DNA of 25,259 nt, from positions 609,077 through 634,335 of the forward strand of contig BCKZ01000016.1 of NCBI GenBank assembly GCA_001600815.1, given 5' to 3'. The translations under genes and the position numbers were made by a program. This document shows, piece after piece, positions 12,152 to 21,789 of this stretch. Source of the stretch: Alloascoidea hylecoeti. Its lineage: Eukaryota. The number at the start of each line of letters is the position of its first letter. Positions within the stretch are counted from its first letter, which is position 1. The notes under the pieces were generated by a model. It was not told the origin of the DNA, ran no database searches, and was given only the letters and a program-made list of their open reading frames with translations.

Positions 12152-13000
12152 GGATTGTAGACCTTCTTTTCTAACATGGAACTGTAATTATTAGATTGCC
12201 TGGAAGAGGTTTAAGAGAGAAAGAGAATTTTCTGCAGGGTGGCACTGAGAAGTTAGAACCCAACATGCAAAACACAATGTAGCCGAGATGTGTGGGAGTA
12301 GTCAGCACCCGAGTATGTTCGGGTGCATGTGTTGTCATTGGACAGTCGGCCATACTAACTTCTCGGGCGGAGATCGAACTAGTCGGGTTGTTAGACATGG
12401 GTGAAACCTATTCAAACGTTAAAAGATTTATATTTGGAAAAATCGACTCTCGTTTACTTTAAGCTTCGATTATAACACTCATCCATTTTTGGAGACCGGT
12501 CTACAGCTAATTATAAGTGGTTCATTTGTTCGTTTAATATGGTGGCCATGACACTGCATTACTATTGTTTTATTCTAACTCACAGGAATCAGCAGCAAGT
12601 ATAGTTTATATTAGTTTTAAAGCGACAATGTAATGGTCACAAATTCGGGTTACTTTTGCTTTTATTAGACAGTATATATAATTGGCTACAGCTATAAATA
12701 AATAAATGATAAAGCAAGCAACAATTACAGCATAAGATCTAGATAATATAGTCATAAATTAAATATATGAAATCCTATCGGGTAAAAATAATCACATCAC
12801 ACAAATGCCAATAAGTCTTCTTATTCTACCAAGATTTTAATTGACACTGGTATTAATATGATTACATTTGCGTAACAGTATTTGATTATAACTTGATCAA
12901 AAAGTACCACTAAATATTTGAAAACATATAACAATTGGATCAAATGAAATACGCACTGATTCAAATTTCAAGAAGGTAATTATAAAATTATTTAAAAATG

Positions 13001-13106
13001 CCGGGTAATCGATGAAACTTTTTCGCGAAAAAAAAAAAAAATAGTGATATAAAAAATAATTTTCCGTAGAGAAACTTTTTTTTTTTTCATTACAATTCCT
13101 CATCGC
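13001..13106. promoter_or_regulatory. Ribosome-biogenesis promoter elements of NSR1: Reb1 site, RRPE-like motifs, poly(dA:dT), PAC
   Basis: CCGGGTAA at 13001-13008 (second CGGGTAA at 12779), TGAAACTTTTT at 13013, AAAATAATTTT near 13054, A/T tracts, and CTCATCGC (reverse PAC GCGATGAG) at 13099-13106. Confidence 0.65.
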
Positions 13107-13107
13107 A

Positions 13108-14375
13108 ATGGCTAAATCAACCATCAAAACATCTAAAAAGGATAAAAGTGTGAAAGCCAAGACAGAATCTGTCAAGGCTCAAAAGCCAACTAAAGCAGAA
13201 AGTAAGAAAACTAAAAAGGTAATAAATAGAGAAGATAGTGATAATGATAGTGATGGTTCTGAATCTGAATCTGAAGAGGTAGTTGTTGATAATAAGGGAT
13301 CTAAATCTGATTCCGATTCTGATTCTGAATCATCAGAAGAAGAGGAGGAAGACAAAAAGGTATATATATTTTTCTTATTCATTAGCTATTGAAAATTTTA
13401 CTAACGTTTGAAAAATTTGAAATAAAGTCTAAAAATGAAGAAAGTGATAAAGATTCATCAGATTCTGAATCTGAATCCGAATCTGAATCTGAGCCTGAAG
13501 AGAAAAAAAGGAAACGTGCACCAGAAGAATCTTCTTCTAATAAAAGGGTCAAGTCAGACTCTGATGAAGAGTCAGCTCCTGGTTCTACTCTTTTTGTTGG
13601 ACGTTTAGCATGGTCTGTTGATGATGATGGGCTTAAAGATGCATTTAAAGAAGTTGGTGAGGTATTGAGTGCTAGAGTTATAATGGATGGACAAACAGGT
13701 AAATCCAAGGGGTTTGGTTACGTTGATTTTAAAGATGCCTCTAGCGCCCAAAAGGCAATAGATACATTACAAGGAACTGAAATAGATGGAAGACCAGTTA
13801 ATCTTGATCTGTCCACCTCTAAACCTAAAGCTAACAATGCTCAAGACAGAGCGTCTAGATTTGGAGATGAACATTCTGAACCTTCAGATACCCTTTTTGT
13901 TGGTAACTTATCATTTGCAGTTGAGAAAGATACCATTTCTAAACTTTTTGCAGAATATGGAGAGGTTACTTCAGTCCGTCTTCCAGTAGACCGTGATACC
14001 GAAAGACCGAAGGGATTTGGTTATGTCCAATTGAGCTCAATTGATGAGGCCAAGAGTGCTCTTGAAGCTCTTAATGGGCATGTTGTTTCAGGAAGACCAA
14101 TTAGATTAGATTATTCTACACCTAATCCAGCAGGAGCCGGAGGATTTGGCGGCCGTGGTGGTAGAGGCGGCAGAGGTGGTCGTGGTGGATTTGGAGATCG
14201 TGGTGGAAGAGGCGGTCGTGGTGGATTTGGAGGCCGCGGAAGAGGTGGTCGTGGAGGGTTTGGAGACCGCGGTGGAAGAGGTCGTGGTGGATTTGGTAAT
14301 AGAGGTCGCGGAGGTTATGGTGGTTATGGTAATGGGTCTAATAGTGCACCATTAGGCAAAAAGACTACTTTTTAA
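13108..14375 (+). CDS. NSR1: Nucleolin-like nucleolar protein Nsr1, 399 aa; exons 13108-13359 and 13428-14375
   Basis: Basic then Ser/acidic N-terminus, two RRMs (TLFVGRLAW..SKGFGYVDF; TLFVGNLSF..PKGFGYV), RGG/GAR tail ending GKKTTF. The 68-nt intron with TACTAAC joins the two ORF-track pieces in frame. Confidence 0.95.
13360..13427 (+). other. NSR1 intron (68 nt), GTATAT donor and AAG acceptor
   Basis: Perfect TACTAAC at 13399-13405. The first AG downstream (AAG, 13425-13427) gives a phase-0 in-frame join. Confidence 0.85.
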
Positions 14376-14733
14376 TCCAAACTAGTAGCAGCAGTCTACT
14401 ACTACCCGATCGATGTTCATTTATATCATTTTGATGTTTTCAATAATAGCTTTTATAAGATAGTTTAAGATTAGTTATCTGTACTATAGTGGCCCTTTGT
14501 TATTTAATCTGCATAAATAGAATTGATGATTAGTTTATAAAATATACATATAACGTAATTATAATGTATAAAAAAGATGACTCGGGGCGAGAAAAAGAAA
14601 TGTAGTTTTCTCTCGCTCTGCGTTGATCTTCGTGATATTCTAGAGATGGGGCTAATGCAAGTTTCAACGGTTGCCAACGGCCACTAATATACCGTGCAAC
14701 GGCTGACAAGCCCTGGAGACCTGCATACAACCT

Positions 14734-15050
14734 ACCCCGACCGGCCCCTCCGTCCCGCTGGAACGGCCCCTCGACCGGCCCCAGTGCCGCCCCACGTCCG
14801 ACTTGGTTCGTTCAGGGCTGCAACAAGAAGATCTCGCGATCGGCTTTTCTACCAGTCTCACTGCAAACCCACATGCATGGTGCAGCTGATGTGGATCCTC
14901 CTATTATAATACCAGCAGAGTCTGAGCAGACCGGCGGGCCCTTGCTGCCCTTCTACTAGCCTTTTTATTCTTAATCTCCTGTTTTCCCACTTTCCCTTCC
15001 ATACAAGTTCAAAGCTCAGGCCGCCCCCTCCACAACAACCGCCCCCCTTT
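14734..15050. promoter_or_regulatory. GC-rich PDE2 promoter with STRE (CCCCT) and Mig1-type (CCCCRS) motifs
   Basis: CCCCT at 14745, 14767, 15025, 15044; CCCCAG at 14779 and CCCCAC near 14790; repeated GAMCGGCCCC motif. Confidence 0.5.
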
Positions 15051-15091
15051 CTCACGCACTAGGCCTGCTCTTTCTGCCCACGCCCTCTGTC

Positions 15092-16846
15092 ATGCCGCCA
15101 TTGTACTTGTTCCTAGGCGGGCCAAAGACCTCAAAGCTACACTCCTTCTTCCCTTCTACCGACATTCATCACGTCCCCAGGGAGCTATCCTCCAGCTTCG
15201 CTCCCATAACTGAATTCTCCTCTCTCAAAGAGCTCCTGAGCTATCTCATCTCCCTCGGCCACCAGGCTAGAGACCACAATGCTCCTATTATAATTTTCAT
15301 ACCCGATAACTTGAAGAAGATGCATCCGTCGCGGACCATCCAGAACTCCTCCTTGTCAACAATCCCCCATTCCCGACACATCTCTCACCTGCTCGACGTA
15401 CATTTCCCCTTTCTTCCTCTGATCACCGTCACCTTATCCCCACAGTTATCAATAAACAACTCAAACTATTATTCTTATATGACACTGGTCTCTCAAAATT
15501 CCGCAGGCAGTAGAAATAACGACAACCATATATCGCTCATTGCATCTTTCCCTCCAACTTCACAAAATATAAAACTAATCAAATCGGTTTATCATGAGAA
15601 TCACAAACTTATAGAGTCTAGGCTGAGTCGAATGTGTAAATGGATAGGTTTAGGCCCCAGTAAGGACGACTACACCTTCAATTTCAGTTCATCTCACTCT
15701 TCTTCTTTATCCACTTCTACAATATTGGATATAGATTTTAGGTCATTGTTACACTGCTCACAGATTCGTTGCTCAACATTAAAACGTTTAGTTGGCACTT
15801 GGAGTTTTCATGCTCCTGCCCTATCGTACGATGAACTCTTATTAGTTGCTTTTCACATATTTTCCCATGCTCTTTCATCTAATGACCCAGAGATACAAGC
15901 CTTAAAGATATCGGAAAATAATTTATTTGCTTTCCTTTTTGCCGTGCGTGACTCCTATCATGCTGGTAACCCTTTTCATAATTTTCGACATGCTATAGAT
16001 GTTTTACAGGTAACTTTCTATGTATTATTGTCTCTTAAAGTATTAGATCCTTATCCTAGATTTCGTCCGTTTTATGATTCTGCTTGTTCTAAGAAACTGG
16101 TCCTTAAAGGAAATTCAAAGTTACTGGTTTCTACCATCTCTCCTAAGGATGCTCTAGCATTATTGATAGCCGCAATAGGTCATGATGTTGCCCACCCAGG
16201 TGTCACAAATGCTTTCCTAGTATCTAACAATACTCCTATTGCTCGTCTGTTCAATGATAAGAGCGTTTTGGAGTCTTACCATGCTGCTTCCTTTAGCAAA
16301 ATATTGGATCTCTATTGGCACGCTACTCAGATGGATAAAGAGGTTAGGGATCTAATAAACGAAAGTATACTTGCAACAGATATGGCACTTCACTTTGAAT
16401 ATGTGAATAAGGTTACCACATTGAAAAAAGATATCAGCGGTAAGCATAAAGGAAATAGTTTCTCTCCCAGTGAAAGAAGTAGAATAAGAAGTCTTATTTG
16501 TTCTTTAATCATTAAATGTGCCGATATATCAAATCCAGCTCGCCCACTGGATATATCACTGGATTGGGCTATTGCATTACAAAGAGAATTTAGTGAAATT
16601 TTTGATTTGGAAGTCTTCATACTTTCAAGACAACCTGATGAGAAGAATACCTTTAAAGAAATGTTGCCAGAAAATAATCCAGGAAAAGAACCCGGTGAAT
16701 TGGTTGCAAAGGGTCAGTTATTTTTTATAAATACATTCGCTAGTGGCTTGTTTCAATCTGTAGCTGGTCTCTTACCACCAACTAAATTTATGATTGATCA
16801 AACCAATGAGAACATGTTATTTTGGAAGAGATTTGGACAAGTATAA
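15092..16846 (+). CDS. PDE2: High-affinity cAMP phosphodiesterase (class I, HD domain), 584 aa
   Basis: NPFHNFRHAIDVLQ, AAIGHDVAHPGVTNAFL, FNDKSVLESYH, ILATDMALHFEY, IKCADISNPARP, conserved Gln in KGQLFFINTF. Confidence 0.95.
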   Translation: MPPLYLFLGGPKTSKLHSFFPSTDIHHVPRELSSSFAPITEFSSLKELLSYLISLGHQARDHNAPIIIFIPDNLKKMHPSRTIQNSSLSTIPHSRHISHLLDVHFPFLPLITVTLSPQLSINNSNYYSYMTLVSQNSAGSRNNDNHISLIASFPPTSQNIKLIKSVYHENHKLIESRLSRMCKWIGLGPSKDDYTFNFSSSHSSSLSTSTILDIDFRSLLHCSQIRCSTLKRLVGTWSFHAPALSYDELLLVAFHIFSHALSSNDPEIQALKISENNLFAFLFAVRDSYHAGNPFHNFRHAIDVLQVTFYVLLSLKVLDPYPRFRPFYDSACSKKLVLKGNSKLLVSTISPKDALALLIAAIGHDVAHPGVTNAFLVSNNTPIARLFNDKSVLESYHAASFSKILDLYWHATQMDKEVRDLINESILATDMALHFEYVNKVTTLKKDISGKHKGNSFSPSERSRIRSLICSLIIKCADISNPARPLDISLDWAIALQREFSEIFDLEVFILSRQPDEKNTFKEMLPENNPGKEPGELVAKGQLFFINTFASGLFQSVAGLLPPTKFMIDQTNENMLFWKRFGQV

Positions 16847-16922
16847 TTAATATGGGATGCTTTCATCATGTTTTTATTTTGCATCTTTTTTCACTTTTTC
16901 TTCTTTAAATTTATATTATATC

Positions 16923-17033
16923 ATTATTATTCTTATTATTACTATTACTACTTTTATTACTAGTATATAATTGTCATTATCACTATTACTATTATTATTA
17001 CTATTACTACTATTATTACTGTTACTATTATTA
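16923..17033. repeat. Imperfect (TAT/TAC)n trinucleotide microsatellite downstream of PDE2
   Basis: Mixed TAT/TAC triplets, purest at 16983-17033. Confidence 0.85.
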
Positions 17034-17809
17034 GAGGGGACACAGTCGGTAATGTGAACCGCCCAAATTTATATATCGATTACATTACATTGTATACTGA
17101 ATAGTAATTATATTTCTTCGTTCTATTTTATTTTGTATATCGCAGTTATAGCTCATATATATATATATTTCATATCGTTTAATCTATCAAATTACTGTAA
17201 ATAATAATCTAATACAGGTATTAAATCTTACTAACTGTAGATAGAATAAAATACAATACATATGTAACAGTACTTTTTGATATTAATATTTAAATGAATT
17301 TGTATAGCTGCTATACCAGACAAATTTTACTCTAGATTATGTTAAGTGTAAAATCTAAATCTTAAAAATAAAGAATAAATATCTATAGGATTGTTAATTT
17401 CGGATTAAAACATGGAACAAGTGAGACGTATTAACAAAGTTAAACTTATAAGCCTTATAGTACTCGCGCACATCAAAGTGCTCTATTTCAAACACGATTT
17501 ACGAAACCAACAACAAATATAATTTATGATAAATACTATAATTAAAGTCTACTTAATCACATAATTCCAATAAGATTTCTTTAATATATAATTTTTGTTT
17601 TTTTTTTGTTTTGGTGTGTGTGCTTTTCTATTAGAGTATTTAGTTCAACATGACTCATGCTTCAACACTATTTTTCAGTACCCATTATTGCCTAGATTTT
17701 TCTTGAGGGTATTATTGGATGCATCTAAGATTGTATGATACTTTAGGTGTCTTTTTATAGATATTCCTGTAGTAATTTGTGGGAATAGAGAGGATTTATA
17801 GATTTCTGT

Positions 17810-17892
17810 TCGACCCTCCAAAACGCGAAAAATGCTCCACAAATATTGGGACTCTTTAATAGACAATAAAATTAAGGTTTTGGAGGGGTCGA
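17810..17892. repeat. GC-rich inverted repeat, 15-bp stem with one bulge and a 52-nt loop
   Basis: TCGACCCTCCAAAAC (17810-17824) vs GTTTTGGAGGGGTCGA (17877-17892). Confidence 0.8.
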
Positions 17893-18923
17893 GTACTTCT
17901 AACATTCATAAGTTTTTGACGATAGTTGAGATTTACTTCCTGGTGTGGTAGATTAAACTAAAATTTTATGGTTCATGAGGTGTATCAAATAACTTATATA
18001 AATCGATTTCAATACCATTTTTTAATACCTTTAACAATGTTTCAGATTAAGAGTTCTCAACATCTAGCTCTAGCTATTTCGGATGAGGGTACCCGTTTTT
18101 AGATAAGGGGAATTTTCTGGGCTTTAAGGTTGTACAGAATTGTGTATCGAAAGTCCGTTCTGTTTAAACGATTCGTCTTAAGTTTAAGCTGATATCGATA
18201 TCGATTATCAGTTGCAAATAAATAGTGGTGGGATTGAAAAAATTCAAATAGCTGGGGTAATTATAAAGAGTTAAAGAATAAGTATATATTAAATAGGGGA
18301 ATTCATAAGGAACGATTAAAACTGAGATTATCGAGAGTGTTACTCCTTCTCTCAAAGTGGCATCTTTCTCTTTTAAATAAACGCCATATAAACATCTACA
18401 GAATAATTAAAAAATATATAGGCCTATAATACAAACATATTATGATCGTTATTACAGGCTTATATATACATAACGATAAATCATATACGGTATATCTTAT
18501 GAGTTAGGTGATTATGCTTTTTATTACTTATAAGTTATAATATATTACGATTACCACAATCATATATCACTACAGTTCTTTACGTCAAGAACTTTGCAGT
18601 TATATTGTAACATTCTATTATGACATAGAATTCAAAGATTCTCATATTTGAAAGGTTTTCTTGGACTATGGCTCTATTCAGCCTATATTTATAATTATAT
18701 CAATAATCTAAAAAATATTTAACTACTAAATTTCAAAACTCCCAAATAATATAGCGGTTGTATTATACATTTAATAGATTGGAGAAAATATTCCAATGCT
18801 AACCAATTTTTATTCATGGGGTTTCTGGATGAATGGTTCCCCATAACTATTAAACAAAGAGGAATAACTATATATATATATATTATTATTAATATGCCTA
18901 CCAAATTTTAAAATTGACCAACT

Positions 18924-19700
18924 TCAAATACTGGTTTGTGGTGAAGGAAGCAACCAAGAAATGTATTTAGCCCACCGAGGCTCAATGAGATAGCATGTTC
19001 CTTCAACAAGTTGTTTTCCATTACCACCATCTAAGGGAACCATTTCAAGGGTACCTGTTATTACACATTTTCTGTCTTTTATTTCCGATACTTGAGCTTT
19101 TAGAACAACAAATGAATTCGGAGGTACTGGTGCATTGAAAGTTAAATCTAACCTCCCTGTCACACCATATTTGTGTGGTAGTAATGGAAATCCAGCAAAG
19201 CAAAGGCCTTCATCCATTATAGTCGATAAAATACCATTATGAATGACACCATCGTGACCACATAGGTTTTCTCCCAAATGATAGAAGGCATAAAGAGTGC
19301 CTTCTTCCTCGCGTGAAAATAATATAGGATCAATTGTTAGATGACCTTTACCTGATAATAACCCAATTCCAACATGATAAAATTTATGTTCTTTGGGAAA
19401 CAATGAGCTATGTCGGATTTCTTGAAATCCTTTATGATTCTTTAATTTATTCATTAATGGAGATATTTCTAACAATTTTAAATCGTTGACTTTTGTTTCA
19501 TCAGTAGCATTTTCGTATTCACCCCAAGGTTTAACCGTAATACCATATCCAGTCAAAAACAATATGAAGCCTATAGAAAAGGTCCTTAAGGGGTGCGACT
19601 TTCTTCCAGTATTCGAGGCATTGATTAGTAACTCTCTTTTCGGGAATGTGTGTAGCGATTGGCTTATCAGCCTTAGGCTTGGATGTAAAAAAGTTCGCAT
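18924..19700 (-). CDS. Probable mitochondrial hotdog-fold thioesterase (PaaI/THEM4-like; Fmp10/Mrx3-like family), 258 aa
   Basis: Arg/Ser/Leu-rich presequence-like N-terminus and one hydrophobic segment, then FYHLGENLCGHDGVIHNGILSTIMDEGLC...GVTGRLDLTFNAPV...FVVLKA...RKCVITG. Confidence 0.85.
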   Translation of the reverse strand: MRTFLHPSLRLISQSLHTFPKRELLINASNTGRKSHPLRTFSIGFILFLTGYGITVKPWGEYENATDETKVNDLKLLEISPLMNKLKNHKGFQEIRHSSLFPKEHKFYHVGIGLLSGKGHLTIDPILFSREEEGTLYAFYHLGENLCGHDGVIHNGILSTIMDEGLCFAGFPLLPHKYGVTGRLDLTFNAPVPPNSFVVLKAQVSEIKDRKCVITGTLEMVPLDGGNGKQLVEGTCYLIEPRWAKYISWLLPSPQTSI

Positions 19701-20914
19701 TATTTATTATGATAGACCAGTACGTACTACTCTATCAATACAATCAGAGAGTAAGTTATTCAGTATAGTTATAAAGAGTACTAGATAACATATCTTATAT
19801 GATCATGAGCAAGAGATCTAAGGTTTTTCAAGAAAGTCACATGACTATCCCAACTTTGTTAAGATATATCTTGCCAACATTGTTCCCAAGCAGGGAATTT
19901 GGAAGTATGTGGACTTACTTTTATCAAAACAGTTTTATGGAAACTCGGATGAAAAAATAATCATAAAAAAAGAAGATAGCAGGAGAACCTCGATCTGAAT
20001 ATCTCAGAATGTAACATAAATATTTCAACAAAATTCAATTTGATTGAGATATAATTTATACCTCATATAGTAAAACTAGTGTCATCGAAAATGCTCCTAA
20101 CAAAGTTACGTTCGTCTTACTTATTTATTGGATTAACATTGTATATACCATCGTAAAGTATACTTATATTTGTCTAACTTATATCCTAATTAGAATGGTG
20201 TCTTATCCAACTTAAAAAAGAAAATGATTATAAAGAAAAACAATTGGGTATCGGTGAATACTAAATATCGGTACAACTGCAAAGAACTTTGGACCATGGC
20301 TTTGAAATACTCGCTACAAGTTCTCAAGAATAGGTATAAGGTTACATGTATACAGTAACTGAAACAATAAAAAATAGAGGGTCCCAACGTTCAATATACT
20401 TACAGCTATACCTTGTATAGGATTATAGTATTTGGTATGCATATGTGTAGGCTATCATTAATATTTTAACCGATGTGATAAGGTGAAATAAATAGAAAAT
20501 TACATAAGACATGAATGTCTAATAATTAGAATCTAGATTTTTAATTTGTCTCAATAAGTCTAATTTATACCCTTTGTGTTACATAGAATATTGCGAATTT
20601 TTAGAACCTATTGATATCATTCCTGGGAAAAATATACAAGAGTGATTACAATTATTATTGAAGCAACAGTGTAACTATAAACATAATGGTCCATTAATCC
20701 CTAATTCCCTACATATAGCTTTATATATATTCTTTCCGGAATTTAAATAGCTAATACAATTAAGCCAGTAACGATTTACAATGTGGTGCATTCTAATTCT
20801 GGCCATAATCCCTTTCCGAATACTTTGAAATTATTTAAGGGTGGGTGGTAATTAATGATTACCGACTTCTCCGAAAATTAACTAGCGATATGTGGGAACA
20901 TTTATTAGTAATTT

Positions 20915-21187
20915 TGTTGAAAATTAATTAGCGAGTTCCGTGAATACAAATTAGTGTTGTGTATGAAGCATAATTAGAGTTTTTAGGACGGTGATTAGTT
21001 AGACATCTCCTAGGTAAATAAATTTAAACCATATTTCAAGACTACTTTATTAGGTAAAGAAGAATGATATTTAAGTGTTCTTTTCACTGATATTTATTAT
21101 AATGGTTATCACAATTAACATTCATCAAAGAACGTCGTTGAGCGTTGACAAAAAGTTTTATAATATCCTATTGGTATGGTTTTCACA
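20915..21187 (-). mobile_element. Candidate degenerate solo LTR (273 bp)
   Basis: Termini TGTTGAAAA...TTTTCACA. Same length as the LTR at 24851-25123, with a weak hairpin remnant near 21056-21085. No TSD seen. Confidence 0.3.
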
Positions 21188-21188
21188 A

Positions 21189-21451
21189 TGTTCCTCGCCG
21201 AACGCTAATTATTTCTTATAATTTGCGGTGTGAGATTCGTCAATAGATAGAAGTAGTAATAGTAGTTCTTGTATAGATTTAATAGTACTGTGTAAGTATA
21301 GCAAAAATGAAAAGGGTGAAGAGTCGAATTCAAATCAGAATTCGACTCTTCTTTTATGTTGAAATTGGGCTATCTGACTATATAGATTTGGTATTTCTTA
21401 TTATGAATTATTCGTGAATTATGAAACATTGTTTGGTACAATATTTCAACA
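21189..21451 (-). repeat. 3' LTR of the retrotransposon (start exact at 21451; end about 21189, alternatively 21229)
   Basis: Begins TGTTGAAATATT immediately after the purine tract. CATAAAA box then a 14-bp palindrome and a pyrimidine-rich stretch; candidate end ...GGAACA. Confidence 0.7.
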
Positions 21452-21458
21452 TCCTCTT
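21452..21458 (-). other. Polypurine tract (AAGAGGA) abutting the 3' LTR
   Basis: - strand reads TTATAAGAGGA|TGTTG downstream of RNase H. Confidence 0.65.
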
Positions 21459-21789
21459 ATAATTCTGATAATAAAAAATGAATGAAATAAACAATTAATA
21501 AAATAAAATATGCTTTTAAATAAAAATATTTGTTTCTTCAAAATAATCATTGAAAGATTTTAATTTGAAGATTTGATAATAACATAAAGTGTAAAAGATA
21601 AAAACAGCATGTAAAATAATATAATAGTAGATAACAATAAACAAAAATGAAATGTTTAAAAGTAGATATAACTTTTTGTAAATAAAATATTTGTTTTGAA
21701 TGGGAACCATAACAAAGTAGTATAAAAATGAAAGTATTTAAGTCTCATAGTTAAATATAATAATTCATTTAAGTTATTAATTTCGAGGT

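Noticed and set aside
14140..14330. Repetitive G-rich array that could be taken for a repeat element or CRISPR
   Set aside because: It encodes the RGG/GAR domain of Nsr1; no constant repeat-spacer structure, and the DNA is eukaryotic.
14530..15055. Short ORFs between NSR1 and PDE2
   Set aside because: By-products of a GC-rich promoter with few stop codons; no protein-like features.
17781..17822. tRNA gene suggested by B-box-like GTTCGACCC followed by CCA
   Set aside because: No T-stem pairing and no cloverleaf can be drawn.
17675..18904. Short - strand ORFs (76, 63, 61 aa) in the PDE2-thioesterase gap
   Set aside because: No homology I recognise and no splice signals that join them into a gene.
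219..19788. Many short antisense or alternate-frame ORFs inside SPT3, MYO2, LSP1, VTS1, NSR1, PDE2 and the thioesterase
   Set aside because: Shadow ORFs of real coding sequence.
19836..20877. Point centromere (CDEI at 19836 with TTTCCGAA at 20813 or CTCCGAAA at 20869 as CDEIII)
   Set aside because: Spacing is about 1 kb, there is no uniform >85% AT CDEII next to the CDEI, and the CCG motifs lack the upstream TGT context.
21145..21164. TTGACA...TATAAT resembling a bacterial sigma70 promoter, with the 21318 hairpin plus T-run resembling an intrinsic terminator
   Set aside because: The spacer is only 8 bp rather than about 17, there is no ORF between them, and the hairpin is explained as part of the LTR.
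21357..21451. A 95-bp mini-LTR bounded by TGTTGAAAT...ATTTCAACA
   Set aside because: It would exclude the TATA-palindrome-pyrimidine module found inside the other LTRs, so the LTR more likely extends further left. Not fully excluded.
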